From NCBI GenBank assembly GCA_964016885.1, contig OZ024743.1, positions 87,544,001 through 87,608,000 on the forward strand: DNA of 64,000 nucleotides, in the 5' to 3' direction. The position numbers and the translations under genes are program-made. Shown piece after piece: positions 44,234 to 58,299 of the stretch. Within the stretch, counting starts at the first letter, position 1. Every line of letters begins with the position of its first letter. The DNA comes from Eledone cirrhosa. Lineage: Eukaryota. Below the pieces are notes generated by a model, which was not told the DNA's origin, searched no databases, and worked only from the letters and a program-made list of their open reading frames with translations.

Positions 44234-44670
44234 CAAACTGTACCAGCGTAAATATGAGAAAATGTTGATTCCGACATCAGAAAATGAAAGGAAAAGGAAA
44301 AACTAAGACAAGTAAGAATAATTTCTTTCAAATTTTTGTAAATAAAACCAGCTTTTCTTTAACATTGCAACTTTTGAAGCAGAAAAATCTTTCAGAACAA
44401 AGAGTCAAGCATCCATAGAGATATAGAAAAAAGAATTTTGAAGTGGAGTGATTGGATAGCAATTAGTGAAAAATGATTTGATATTTTCTTTGTGAAAATA
44501 CTTGTGAATAATACAGTGAAAAGACAAGTTTCGCGTAAATCGGACCACGGGTTCCCGAGATATGCGGGTTTTTTCGGGTACCTTTATAAATAGCCAAATC
44601 AGCGCAAAATGGGAAAATTCTTTGAAAGTAAGGTACCATTGAAATGTGAATACAAATGCAGATAGTGGTT

Positions 44671-44740
<70 letters not shown>

Positions 44741-45384
44741 AGAGAGCTGGTGGTGGTGTTGAATGAAATTATGACAGGTGACTTCAAAGAATTGAATACA
44801 GCATTACTGTATCTAGCTTGAATTTGGTAACTGAATATTAAGTTATATGTATCTTATAACTTGTGTTAGGACAGGATGTATGTGTGTGTGTGCCTGTAAC
44901 CAGTGTATATAGGCCACATACACCCACACACACAAACACACACATATATATATACACGTACATATACACACACACATACACGTATATATATTGGCTTTCC
45001 AATGTCATTTTACATTATATACATTTTGTGTATATTTTAATTATTTAAAAATTATTTTTAAGTGAACATGACCCAACGGGTCACAGGTGGTCTAGTAATA
45101 TTATAAAGCTGAGTGTCGTGTGTACTATGTATGTATGTATGTATGTATGTATGTATGTATGTATGTATGTATGTATGTATGTATGTATGTATGTATGTAT
45201 GTATGTCCCAGTACAACCTGTCTCATGGTCAGGTCGTTGGCGACTAAACTGGCAACCCCACCAAGGTTTCTTGGTGAGGAGGGTGACTTTGGACATCCTG
45301 CAGGACTAAAAACAAAACCTGTCAAAGGGCAAAGGAGCTCTTAAGAGTCAATGGCCATCCACAATCACCGGGAGAGATGACCCC

Positions 45385-45780
45385 TTAGCCTTTGTCAAGG
45401 CAGAATTCTAGGAGAAGGAAAACTCTGATATAACACCTGCAACTCTGATGGTATCCAATGATGTTGACTTGTTCTTCTTTTTGGTGAATATCATATTGGT
45501 TAAGAGAGTGGGACTGGCTTTGTGCAGTGCCTTTGTTCACTATAAAAGCTTCACGGCACATGCATTGCTTTATATCTGGAGATCTCTCTGCACTTGTCGT
45601 CACATGGTACCATGGACCCAGCACTATGTGTCAATAATTGTCACAACTGTAGTGTTTGTACCAGAGTTTTCAAGTCGCTGGCTGGACTAAAATGTCACAC
45701 TCGTTCAGCGCATCGGTAAGGGTTCTCCTACATGGATATAAAGTAGTGGCCGTACTCGAAAACGAGTAGGCAGCCACCAT
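45385..45780 (+). mobile_element. LINE (RTE-like) 3' end; second copy at 54151-54530 on the minus strand
   Basis: Highly similar reverse-complement copies; C..RVFKSLAGL..H..H zinc-finger-like end; microsatellite tail. Confidence 0.65.
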
Positions 45781-45940
45781 GTATGTATGTATGTATCCTA
45801 CACACCTCTCTATAGTTTGTTAGCTTTACTCTCTCCGTCGCTCTTCCCTCTCTCTATAATAGATCATTCCCCTCTCTATAATTTAACTGCTTTACTCTCT
45901 CTGTCGCTCTTCACTCCCAAATATTATAAAATTGAGCGTC

Positions 45941-45997
<57 letters not shown>

Positions 45998-46073
45998 TTT
46001 CACCCTCTCTATAATTTAACTGCTTTACTCTCTCTGTCGCTCTTCACTTCAACATATTATAAAGTTGAGCGTC

Positions 46074-46116
<43 letters not shown>

Positions 46117-46117
46117 A

Positions 46118-46148
<31 letters not shown>

Positions 46149-46274
46149 TCTCTATAATTTAACTGCTTTATTATCTGTCTCTCTTCACTCTCTATATGAC
46201 AATCTTTTACTTTCCATTTTAATTGTATCTCTCTCTGTCTAACGGCCTACCTCCCTCTTTCCCCTCCCTCTGTT

Positions 46275-46294
46275 TTTCTGTCGTCGCTCGCATA

Positions 46295-46342
<48 letters not shown>

Positions 46343-46490
46343 TTTCTGTCGTCGCTCGCATAAGTAACACACACACACGCACGCACACAAATACACATAC
46401 TTTCTGTCGTCGCTCGCATAAGTAACACACACACACACACACAAACTTTCTGTCGTCGCTCGCATAAGTAACACACACACACACACATAC
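46275..46490. repeat. Minisatellite with (CA)n spacers
   Basis: tttctgtcgtcgctcgcataagtaacacacac, 4 copies. Confidence 0.9.
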
Positions 46491-46849
46491 ACACACACAT
46501 AATATAACATCAAAACAAAACACACAGACACACACATGCACATACACACATACACAAACACACATACACATACACAAACACACACACACATATATCTATA
46601 CTTTATATGTATGTTGTTCTGGTTTTATAATTTCACAAAGTTTTACCAATGGAGAGAGAGTCGGTTTCTAACATAGACACAAGACTCTCTCATTGGAATT
46701 TACACAACATCAACTAGGTAGATATGTATGTATGCATGCATGTGTAGATATGGATGTTATTGTATGTGTGGATGTGTATGTTTTGAGTTGTATGTGTGCA
46801 TGTGTATATGCTTTGTATCTGTACATGTGTATATGCAGTTATTAGGTGC

Positions 46850-48940
46850 AACATTTTTGGAAAGTTTTACATATTTTTACTGTTCCAGTGATTTCCTAAC
46901 TAGTTGTGTTCTTTCTGTTTCTGTGAAGCCCAGTTTCTCAAGATTTGTATTGAGGCAGTTACTAACATATCCCAGTGCCCCAATAATCACAGGCATAAAT
47001 CTGAAGGTATAATCAGAGTGGAGTATCTGCAGATTTCTCATCAGTTCTGCATAAATATTCTCCTTTTCACTAATCTTTGATATTATATTGGCATCTGCTG
47101 GGCAGCTAATTTCCACTACTGTGCATGTTTTCTTCTCCCTGTCCCATATCATAATATCTGGTCTGTTATGCCTGCATTTTATTGGGGTTTTTACTGGAAC
47201 ATTCCACCAGTACTCTTTCATATTATGTACATGGATGTCTTCCACATTGTTGTAGCTTTTAATGAGTTTATTATCAGGGCTATCTTTTTTACGAACTGCA
47301 TTGTACAGTGTTTTGGCCACTACATCATGCCTCATAGGTAGATAGTACCGCGATGACATCTTTGAACAGCTGCTGATGACATGGGTGATATCCTCGATGT
47401 TAGTTCTGCAGAGTCTGCACTTGTTATCACATCTAGGTGTTTTGCCTGCATCCCTATTTCTTTTGTGAATCAGGTATTTCGTGCTAATCTCCTGTTCCTG
47501 GATTGCAAAAACGTATCCTTCAAAGTGGGAGCCAATATAGCGGTTGTTGGTCCAAGATAGACTACTTTCCTTATCTATATTACTCTCACTCTGGAGCTTC
47601 CTGGCAACATATCCATGCATGATTTTTTGCTGCTAGGTATGCAATTATTCATCCATGGATTCACTGCGATACTGCTGAGCGACGTCCCTGGGTGTGAGTT
47701 TTTGATTATCACACAGGGAATATCTCTCGAGGAGTTCCTTCCCAACTCTCATGATCTTATCTGTTTCATGCAGATAGACTTGCTCGAGAAACGGGCTCCT
47801 ACGCTTCGAGGTTCGTAGATGTTGTCGGAGAGATATGATGCGACATTCAAATGTTGTCTGAACTGATGTTAGGCCTCTGCCTCCCTGCTTACGTTTCAAG
47901 TAAAGGCGGTCTATGTCACTGTTGATGTGGAAGTTTCCGGTGTTGTTCAGTATTTTTCGAGTTCCAATATCAACTGCTCGGATTTCGTCTATCATCCAAT
48001 TGAGTATTCCAAACGTTGGTGTTAGGACAGGCACAGCAAACACATTGTGAGCCACTGTTTTGTTAGGCCATTGATGACAATGTTGCTAGATTGGGTTATT
48101 GTTTTTCCCCGCTTTACAGTCATATATGAGCACTTATCTTGGCCAAACTCCATTCCTATATCCTTTGAGAACGTTGTAACCAGGTCAAGATTTTTCTTCA
48201 TCCCATCCATGTTCTTGGCATAGAGTTTCATATCGTCCACAAAGAAATTATGGGTTAGGTTCGTATTTCTGTCCTCCTGTGAGCCAATGATGAATCCCTC
48301 ACATTTCTTGAGCAGAAAGGACAAGGGGTTTAATGACAAGATGAATAATATCACAGAGAGACTGTCCCCCTGAAATATACCCCTGCAATATTTTATTTTA
48401 TCAGTGAAAATAGAGTCCCCCCTCTCTGTCTTTAACCTTAGGATAGTAGCCCAAGAAGAAGACAGCCTCTCTATGGCTCTGACAATAATGCCTGGGACTT
48501 TAGCAAGTTGGAGGGCCTCTATCATCCAAGAGTGGGGAACAGAATCGAAAACTTTCCTCTACTCCAGCCAGACTGTAGCCATATTCCTCCTAAGTTGTCG
48601 CACCTCCGACATCGCAGTTTTGTTGATTAGGAGTTGTTCAGCACATCCCCAAACCCCTTTCTTTCCAGCTGCTTGTTCATCTGTGATGATGTTATTATTT
48701 TCACAGTGATCTTGGAGGAATAGGTTCAGGCAGGCTGTATACATCTCATACATCAGGTTCTGGCATGCAATGGGTCGGTAGTTTTTTACCAAGTGGGTGT
48801 CTTTGTTCTTGGTGACCAGTAATGTTTGTGCTAATGTCAACCATTCTGGTATAAGTGTATCTCCCTTAAGAACTTGTTGGTAGAAGTCAGTAAGATACCT
48901 CCGATAGAATATCAGTTTGTTGTACCAGTAGCCGACAATC
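46850..48940 (-). pseudogene. R4/Dong-like non-LTR retrotransposon (RT, CCHC knuckle, REL endonuclease)
   Basis: NYRPIAC, RGIFQGDSLS, FVDDMKLY, GGRGL, CRLC..EDITHVISSC..RHD, RPDI..VVEISCP. Confidence 0.9.
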
Positions 48941-49140
48941 NNNNNNNNNNNNNNNNNNNNNNNNNNNNNNNNNNNNNNNNNNNNNNNNNNNNNNNNNNNN
49001 NNNNNNNNNNNNNNNNNNNNNNNNNNNNNNNNNNNNNNNNNNNNNNNNNNNNNNNNNNNNNNNNNNNNNNNNNNNNNNNNNNNNNNNNNNNNNNNNNNNN
49101 NNNNNNNNNNNNNNNNNNNNNNNNNNNNNNNNNNNNNNNN
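48941..49140. other. Assembly gap (200 N)
   Basis: Run of n. Confidence 1.
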
Positions 49141-50353
49141 AGGTCACAGATCTTATAGGATTATTCCTAATAGCCAAACTCACTGATATGTTTCCTGCAT
49201 TCGGTGGTGGATTGTACCGTGATGATGGGCTCCTTACCCTTAAAGGGTACAACCCCAGTAGTACAGATCGGGTCCGGAAACAATTAATCAGCTTCTTCCG
49301 CGACTGGGGATTTAAAATAACCCTACAAACGTCCCTGACCCGAGTAAACTTCCTGGACGTGACCCTCGACCTCGAAAACGACCTGTACTACCCATACAGG
49401 AAACCTAATGACAACCTGCACTACATCCACCGCCGATCAAACCATCCTAGGAACATCACCAACAACCTGGTCAAAAACATCTCCCTCCGCATATCCCGTT
49501 TGTCAGCTAATGAGCGGATATTCGATGAACATGCGCCTTATTACAACCAGGCCCTCAAGCGGAGTGGTTTCCGGGAGGAAATATCCTACTGTCCAGCTCC
49601 CATTAGCGGAACCAGCAGGAGACACCGCCGCTCACGCAATGTAACATGGTTCAATCCTCCCCACAACGCAGAGGTGACAACTCCCATCTGGAAACTATTC
49701 TTTAGGCTCTTTGAAAACACTTCCCACTACAACACCGCTACCACAACTTAATTAACAAAAATACCATCAAACTCTCTTACAGCACCACACCAAACTTCGC
49801 ACAAAACATCGTCTCCTCTAACAACAAAAAACTCAACCCCGATGGCAGAAATAACCTAAATAGCAGTGGAGAGCCGACCAGGAGCTGTAACTGTCCAGAT
49901 AGATCCATTTGCCCACTCGACAATAGATGCAGAGACCGTAATGTGATCTACCAGTGCAACGTGAGGACGGATACCTCCAACAAAGCTTATATAGGACTAA
50001 CCGCATGTGACTTCAAGACCCGGCTATACCAACATAGACATACCTTCCGAAACCCGGCCCGGCGTCACGCCACTACACTTTCGGGCCACATATGGGACCT
50101 CAAGGACAACAACATTACCTATGATCTCACTTGGAGCTTACTGTCCAGAGCCAATTCTTACACGGGAGGACGCCGTCCGTGCAATTTATGCTCGGAAGAA
50201 ACTTTACAAATGTTGTTTTCGACGGACCAACTCCTAAACAAGAAAGATGAACTGGTTACTGCATGTAAACATAGATTGCGTAGGACTTACCTCGCCCTCA
50301 AACCCCAGAATGACCCGGGGGGGGGGGGGGGGGGTAGTAGACTAGGGCTATAA
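49141..50353 (+). pseudogene. PLE (Naiad-like) RT plus GIY-YIG, one frameshift near 49715
   Basis: GLYRDDGL, VNFLDVTL, SNHP, WFNPP, CNC..CPL, AYIG..FKTRLYQH, CNLC, CKH. Confidence 0.9.
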
Positions 50354-51435
50354 CACCCCACTTGCCGATTTTGCAATGAGTAACCCCCGCTTGCCAAGGG
50401 AGACGTAAGATCTTCTTTTTCTTTTATTTCTTATTTCCTTCTTCCCCATCCCTCCTTAGTCCTTCTACCCCAGTTCTTCTTCTTTGTCGGCGTCTTTTCT
50501 CGCCCACCCGAGGCTGCCCTTTGGCCCCTTGTAGCCTCAGTACCCCCACCCCCTCCCCTAGTCTATGATAGATTTGGCGGACTCCGCTTTTTATAGCAGT
50601 TGCGTTAGACCTCGGATACTTGCCCCCTTTTTCCGACCGCTCCCACTATTTTCCGTGCCTTCTATATTTCTTAGTGGCACTTATGCCTTATTTTCTCGTT
50701 TCAGTTTTTCTTTCTTCGCTTTTCTTTTGGGCGGGGTGGATTCTGAATTTATTTTTCCGTATTCTACCTTTACTTCGTACGAACTTTCATTGTATAAGAT
50801 CTTTTAGAGTTAGCATTAGTATATACTTTTTTCGGGACTCAGAATTATTATCTCGTACTAGTTTACTTTGCTGCACTGGGTGGTTGCTGGCATTGTGCCC
50901 GGGATAGAAACCTTTATTATTTATTTCGTGGTAGTTTCTTTAGTATTTTGGCCCCATTTGTTGACCCGTCACCGTATGATTTACGTACTTATACCTCTTA
51001 AATGGTCCTTGCCTATTCCGTCCCACCTAGTTTATTTACTTATTTCGTTATTTCTTTATTTCTTTCTTTATTTCTTTCTTTCTTTATTTATTTATTTATC
51101 TAGCCTAACAATAGCTAGAGACTTAGGTCGTAGAACTTGCTTTACTTTTTTCTTTACACTTATTCGCTTTTCTTCACTCTCAGTATTTTTTCTTTCATAT
51201 ATATTTTTACCCCTCATTGTTCTACCTACTGTTCCGACTTCCTCCCCCTCCCCCTCCTCAGTATCTTCTTTGACCTCATGCCCAGCTGTAGCTGGCACTA
51301 CCAACGCATGATTGGGTTTACTCCACCCCTCCCCTCTTTCTCCTACTGGCAGGTTTAGCCACCATCTCCCCTACTAATTTGCAATCACAGAATTACTACT
51401 GACTTTTGACAATCACTTTGACCATATATGGAATT

Positions 51436-51529
51436 ACTCCTTGAGAAGCTCGGCTATTTAAATACCAGGATAAATTTTCATTTAGTCCAGAATTAGCCGT
51501 CGAAACGGCTTGAGCTCAGCCGTCGGGGT
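51436..51529 (+). ncRNA. Hammerhead, U3-A8 variant, at the 3' end of the 49141-51625 PLE
   Basis: actcc-TTGAGAA-g.cggcta...tagccg.c-GAAA-cggct tgagctc agccg-TC-ggggt. Confidence 0.7.
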
Positions 51530-51620
51530 CTTACTGGTTCCTATTACCCACTCTACTACCCTAAGTATTGAGTACTTTGGTGCGTTATGGTCCACCTGGT
51601 TCCTTACCACATTTCCTTCG

Positions 51621-51678
<58 letters not shown>

Positions 51679-52078
51679 GTTGCCTCCCTTGCCGATCCCC
51701 ACGTGGGGTCAGCAATAGTCAGTCCTTGTATTAACATTGAACTAAAACCTGTTGAGAAAGTGGCTTTCTTGTTCAATCATCTTACCAGAAGCCTGACATT
51801 ATTTATGTAAGCGGACGGTACTTGATTTAGGAGCCGCAGAAACCTATACATTGGATTTTACCAACATTCCAGGAGTCTGGGTAAATTTTCAGTACCCGAA
51901 TTATTTGATCGTTTTTTTTGGCTATGCGAATGATTATTTAACCATCGTCTCAGCGTATTTGGCTTTTAACGTTTGTTATAGCTCTGCTTCATCTGAATCA
52001 TTGAGCACTTGCCGCACATCTCGGAGGTTGTTTTTCGTTATTTCGTGGGCCGAAATGCGAATCTCGATAATTTATGTT

Positions 52079-52181
<103 letters not shown>

Positions 52182-52884
52182 GCGCGCGTGTGTGTGTGTA
52201 CAGGGAAGAGAGAGAGAGAGAAAGAGAGATGTGTGGAGAGAAAGAGCATGCATATTAAACAAACCGAATGGTTGATTTCCCAGTCTTTTTCTAACTACAT
52301 TATCTATCAAACGCCAGTCCCCATGATATTTCAAGCTGATGTTTTGACAGTTCAAAGAAAAATGCCGACGAAATCTTTTCCTTCAGAAGATTTAACAAAA
52401 CAAAAGCGACAAACCAAAAATGGCGGATGAAATAGAAATTTGAGCGGCGATGTTGATGGCAACGTTAACAAAGGGTTTTACAAAGCTTTCAGTTTTGTGT
52501 GTATTTATAGAAAACAATCAAGTAAAAGATTGGTCTATAAAGCAATTAATGGAATTCTTTATGCAGACTTCTTTTAACCAATCTTCTGTATTTCCATCTA
52601 TGCACAGACGCATATATATATTAAATGTATTCTATTTTCTCCTAGTTTATTTTACACCTAATTATGTTTAGTTGACTGTATCTGGGCGATTACGCTGTCG
52701 AAATATTCGATAAATATTCCGCTGCGGCCGACGCGAAGGGCTAGTTTCGGTTATTTGTCGGAGATTTCTTCATAGAAGCCTCATTTGTATAGCTTGGTCT
52801 ATTCGATTTTTTATATAGTTAATTATGCTAATTGGGAGAGGAAATGGTATATATTTTATTTTGTGATTCTATAGACATGTTTTA

Positions 52885-53050
<166 letters not shown>

Positions 53051-53134
53051 ATAATAATAAAATTGAAGACTAAAATCCAAAGAGGGCTCGATAAGGAAAA
53101 TATATATGAAATATATATTTTCAAACCGTAGAGC

Positions 53135-54107
53135 AAATATTTATTAAAATAACACATTAAAGTTTAAGCAAAGAATCGCTGCTTTTTGCATAGGTAAGTA
53201 TATATTACCCGTATGTTTTGTGAAGGTATGTATACCTTCTCGTACGTATATTTGACTGTTATAGCGTATAATTTTTACATATTTTGGTATTTAGGGTTTG
53301 GCTATGTGTATACGGGAGTTTTGCGTCCGCGTGAGTGTGCAGGTTCGTACGTATGGTGTGTGTGTGTATATGTGTACTTCTTGTTTTAGTTGACTTACGT
53401 CTCCGAACATTCGTGTATTTATATGTAGGTATGCGTGTGCGCTTGTTATATACGTATTTATTTACTTATATAATTTTATATAATTATTTATTTATTTGTA
53501 CACAAGCATACACACACACACATATTTATATGTGCGTGGTTTTGTATACCCATGGTAAGGTTTTGCGTATGCTTGTGTATGTACGTATCTGTTTGCGTGT
53601 ATGTATTTATTTGTTTCTATTACTTCTGTATTGTATTTATTTACTTTGTTCTTAACTCTGTAGCGGAGATTCATTTGGTCTACTAGTTAGAATTTTAGTC
53701 TACGATTTCTGCTATACCATTTACGTGGTTTTGTCTTTGCGTGCTATTGTTCTCCACGCTCCACATATGACTTATTATCTTCGTTTTTTCGTTCATTGCC
53801 AGAGAACGTCTCTATGCACCACCTAAGAGAACATTAGTCTACGACCTCTTTTATATCATAAACGTGGTTTTGTCTTTGCGCGTAATTGTTTTTCACCGCT
53901 CCTATTAATGACGTATTATTCGTTTTTTCCCGTTCTTTGCCAGCGAACGTTACCACGAACCAAAGTATCGTCTTCCTGTCTTCCTCCGGTTGCAACGTTT
54001 TTTGAAATATCCAGTTCTGCGTTTACAGATTGACTTTGTTAGTTTCAGAAGATCCCGTTAAGGGTGAAAGCAGCGATTCTTTGCTTAAACTTTAATCTGT
54101 TATTTTA

Positions 54108-54117
<10 letters not shown>
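53135..54117 (+). mobile_element. About 1-kb element with 50-bp terminal inverted arms between (TA)n tracts
   Basis: 53135-53186 is the reverse complement of 54067-54117; related sequence at 29750-30050 (+) and 37800-38030 (-). Confidence 0.7.
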
Positions 54118-54153
<36 letters not shown>

Positions 54154-54535
54154 TGGCTGCCAACTCGTTTTCGAGTACGGCCACTACTTTATATCCATGT
54201 AGGAGAACCCCTACCGATGCGCTGAACGAATGTGACTTTTTAGTTCAGCCAGCGACTTGAAAACTCTGGTACAAAGACTACACTTGTGACCATTATTGAC
54301 ACATAGTGCAGGGCCCATGGTACCATGTGATGACAAGTGCAGAGAGATCTCCAGATATAAAGCAATGCCTGTTCTGTGAAGCTTTTATAGTGAGCAAAGG
54401 CACTGCACAAAGCCAGTCCCACTCTCTTAACCAAGATGATATTTACCAAAAAGAAGAACAAGTCAACATCATTGGATACCATCAGGGTTGCAGGTGTTAT
54501 ATCAGAGTTTTCCTTCTCCTAGAATTCTGCCTATA

Positions 54536-54581
<46 letters not shown>

Positions 54582-55189
54582 CATATATATTGTTAATAAC
54601 TCCCTCTGGTCGAGCAATCTTTGAAGTGTGGGGACAACTGGAAAGCTTCCATTACTCATACTTCTAGCCTTCTTCACCACCTCTTCTGCGGCCTCGATAT
54701 GAATACCCCCTCCGCCTCCGTGTTATTTTCTTCGTGGTTATAAGATGCTTAGCTCTGTTTCTCGACCGTTATATCGCGTGACTATTTCCCCCTCCGCCTT
54801 TTGGGATTCTTTCTCACGTCGTGTAGACGCGTTCTTGAGACTAGTAAAATGAGGTATCCTCTTGATAAGTCGGCAGACCTCGCAGGGACTCTATATCTTT
54901 ATGATATATTGTTTTTGTTTATGCCACGAAACTACGTAGTCGAGGAATTTAGGAGCAGTTTAGGTATGATACATTTTATTACTAATTATATCTAAATGTT
55001 TCTTCTCTCTTCATAATGTATTTTTAACTCTGATACTGGTTCAGTCTAGTTCAACTGAATTGGTCTGTCCCGGTCATTCATTGAGCAACATCGGTGAAGT
55101 TGGCACCCTTAACTCACAGTTGGGTGCGGATGCATTCATGTATATATGTGTGTGTCCGCATGTATCTGTGTGTTTCTAAATATATTGTT

Positions 55190-55470
<281 letters not shown>

Positions 55471-55552
55471 ATATTAAAACTTTTATACTCTGCTATGTAT
55501 TGAGTAACTTACTTACTGTGGTTACCTCCGATTCAACCCGGAATAACGTATA

Positions 55553-55694
<142 letters not shown>

Positions 55695-55859
55695 TGTATG
55701 TATGTATGTATGTATATACATAACAAAGTTTTGAAGCATTGTTGAACAGGAGACACAAATTTAAATAATTTTGAAAACCAAACAATGCAATAGAAAGAAA
55801 ATTAAATCGCCAAGATAACAAAAGAATCTTACCTTAGCAAATTTAATGATCCCAGATAT

Positions 55860-56595
55860 TTAAAAACCCATTATCCAGGGAGTAACCCTATGACAGACTT
55901 AACAATTGATCGGAGTTGACTTGTTTGTTTGGAGCAGATTTAAGTTAACTGAAATGAAAAGACGTTAAAATTTCGAACTTGAACGCTGTGGAATGTATGA
56001 TTCTATGCATGTGTGTGCGTGAATGTAAGTGTACTTAGTGGGATGTGTATATGTGTGTGCGTGAATGTAAGTGTACTTAGTGGGATGTGTATATGTGTGT
56101 GCGTGAATGTAAGGTTATGTAGTTGAAGTTGTGTGCGAATATATATATAATAAAATGTGCGATATATGTATGTGCGTGTGTTTACATGTGTTTGCCTAGT
56201 GAGAACATAGATTTGAAAGAAAAACTGAAACAGGCCGTTGGGATGTTGGAATACAGGCTTTTAAATTAGCCATTCTGGTTCACTTCTTTCCATTTGATTA
56301 TTGATCCTAGGTTTTAATTGCTTGACTAATAAGTCTTCCTTAATTATCAGCGGGTCTATAATGCGTTCGGCAGCTAAGATTATGGTGGTAATGTTGCCTC
56401 GGTTTCCACATTTGATGATGTGTTTGCGGAAGGAAGAGAAGTTGGTGTTAGCTTGCTATTTAATACGGAGATGTAACGATCGAATAGGGCTGCCTATGTA
56501 AAATAGATTGCACTTGTTACATTCTAGCCTGTATACTACGTATACATTTTTTAGTCTCTCATAGGATTACTACCTTGATAATGGGTTTTTAAACC
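55860..56595 (-). mobile_element. Truncated PLE GIY-YIG fragment with inverted tail copy
   Basis: 56260-56550 is homologous to the C-terminus of the 23238 ORF; imperfect IR 55860-55900 / 56551-56593. Confidence 0.7.
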
Positions 56596-56637
56596 CGAAA
56601 ATTCGTGTCTCATATATATATATATATATATATAATC

Positions 56638-56955
56638 AAATAAAGTGTGTACATATGCTGCAACGCTGACTTTGACTCTTTTAAATCTATATATATATAT
56701 AGAGAGAGATTTAAAAGAGTCAAAGTCAGCGTTGCAGCATATGTACACACTTTATTTGCATCTCACAATTGTTTCGATATCGATCAGCTCAGGGTACAAT
56801 CAAGGTGACGGGCCCCGACTCCTTTTCGGCATCTCATCAGATACACGAGCTTAATGTGCAAATACACATATAGGTTTATATATCGAAACAATTGTAATAT
56901 GCAAATAAAGTTTGTACATATGCTGCAACACTGACTTCGACTCTCTTAAATCTAT
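56638..56955. repeat. Triple-arm fold-back element
   Basis: Arm at 56638-56690, inverted at 56707-56782, direct again at 56879-56953. Confidence 0.85.
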
Positions 56956-57010
56956 TTACACTCTGCATACTACAACCGTAACACTGGAATAGATATATAT
57001 ATATATATAT

Positions 57011-57935
57011 ATATAAAGAATAAGTATATCTACTAACATATATATACAGATGCATACCTATGCCAGCAAATATATAGGTTTTGTCTTAGTAACTTTGTGG
57101 TTCAATGCATGGGGATGCAGAACAATAATATGAGAGACGTAAAATAAGAAAATTATAAAAATTAACTTACTTACTAAAATTGGTCCACGCTTTGCTTTTT
57201 TCCATCCACTGAATTATTTTTTGTATAAGTTCCCTGTGTCCACGTATTGCCTGGAAACTTAACTGAGAATAGACTTCCCTGATGACGAAAGGCTTCTCCG
57301 TACGTTTTTTCGGAAACTATGTTTATTCCCTTTCAGAAACTAATTAGTTGGAGTGAAATTTTAGTAAGTAAATTAATTTTTATAATTTTCTTATTTTACG
57401 TCTCTCATATTATTGTTCTGCATCCCCATGCATTGAACCACAAAGTTACTAAGACAAAACCTATATATTTGCTGGCATAGGTATGCATCTGTATATATAT
57501 GTTAGTAGATATACTTATTCTTTATAATTATCTCCAAATTATTTTGTCGAGCCAAAATTGGGCAAAACTGCTGCTATAGTTCATAGTAACAGTTCGGCTG
57601 CTGTCTTCTTAACAAACCACTCTTCACTGATTGACCTCGATGTCACGTGATTGATTCTTTTGAATTTGCCACCGACGCAGTAGGCAGTGATTTTTTCAAT
57701 GGCTTGGAACTTAGTCCACGCTTTGCTTTTTTCCATCCACTGAATTATTTTTGTATAAGTTCCCTGTGTCCACGTATTGCCTGGAAACTTAGCTGAGAAT
57801 AGACTTCCCTGATGACGAAAGGCTTCTCCGTACGTTTCTTCGGAAACTATGTTTATTCCCTTCAGAAACTAATTAGTTGGAGTGAAATTTTAGTAAGTAA
57901 GTTAATTTTTATAATTTTTTTATTTTACGTCTCTC

Positions 57936-57938
<3 letters not shown>
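57011..57938 (+). mobile_element. Non-coding inverted-plus-direct repeat element with two HHR-like cores, in (TA)n
   Basis: IR 57011-57181 / 57357-57525; DR 57183-57408 / 57714-57937; CTGATGA..GAAAC at 57279 and 57809. Confidence 0.85.
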
Positions 57939-58013
<75 letters not shown>

Positions 58014-58299
58014 CTACATATGATCAATATCCAATGATTTTGATTTCGTTGTTTAAATTTTTCTCCACAAATCCCTTGGATCACGCGCATAGGATTAATT
58101 GTAATACAACATTCCCAGCCAGAAACTTAAGCTATGAAAACAGTGTAATTATAGTATCGACAGATTAACATATGAAAACGTTAAAGCACTCATCATTTCA
58201 TCAACTGAAACAGCTAGTATTCTCTTAGTTTAGCATACAAAAGTCCGCCGGAGTACAAAAAAGTTGGGTACAAAGTTACAGTCTAAGAACCAAGCCAAC

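Larger units (their letters stand above)
38791..45095 (+). mobile_element. Near full-length Helitron
   Basis: Contains the RepHel pseudogene; gacccaacgggtc hairpin then CTAG-t near 45070-45096; 5' boundary approximate. Confidence 0.7.

Noticed and set aside
46275-46490. Repeat-spacer array
   Set aside because: The spacers are only (CA)n of variable length.
48874-49252. ORFs spanning the N run, or a LINE-PLE fusion
   Set aside because: Artefact of the assembly gap.
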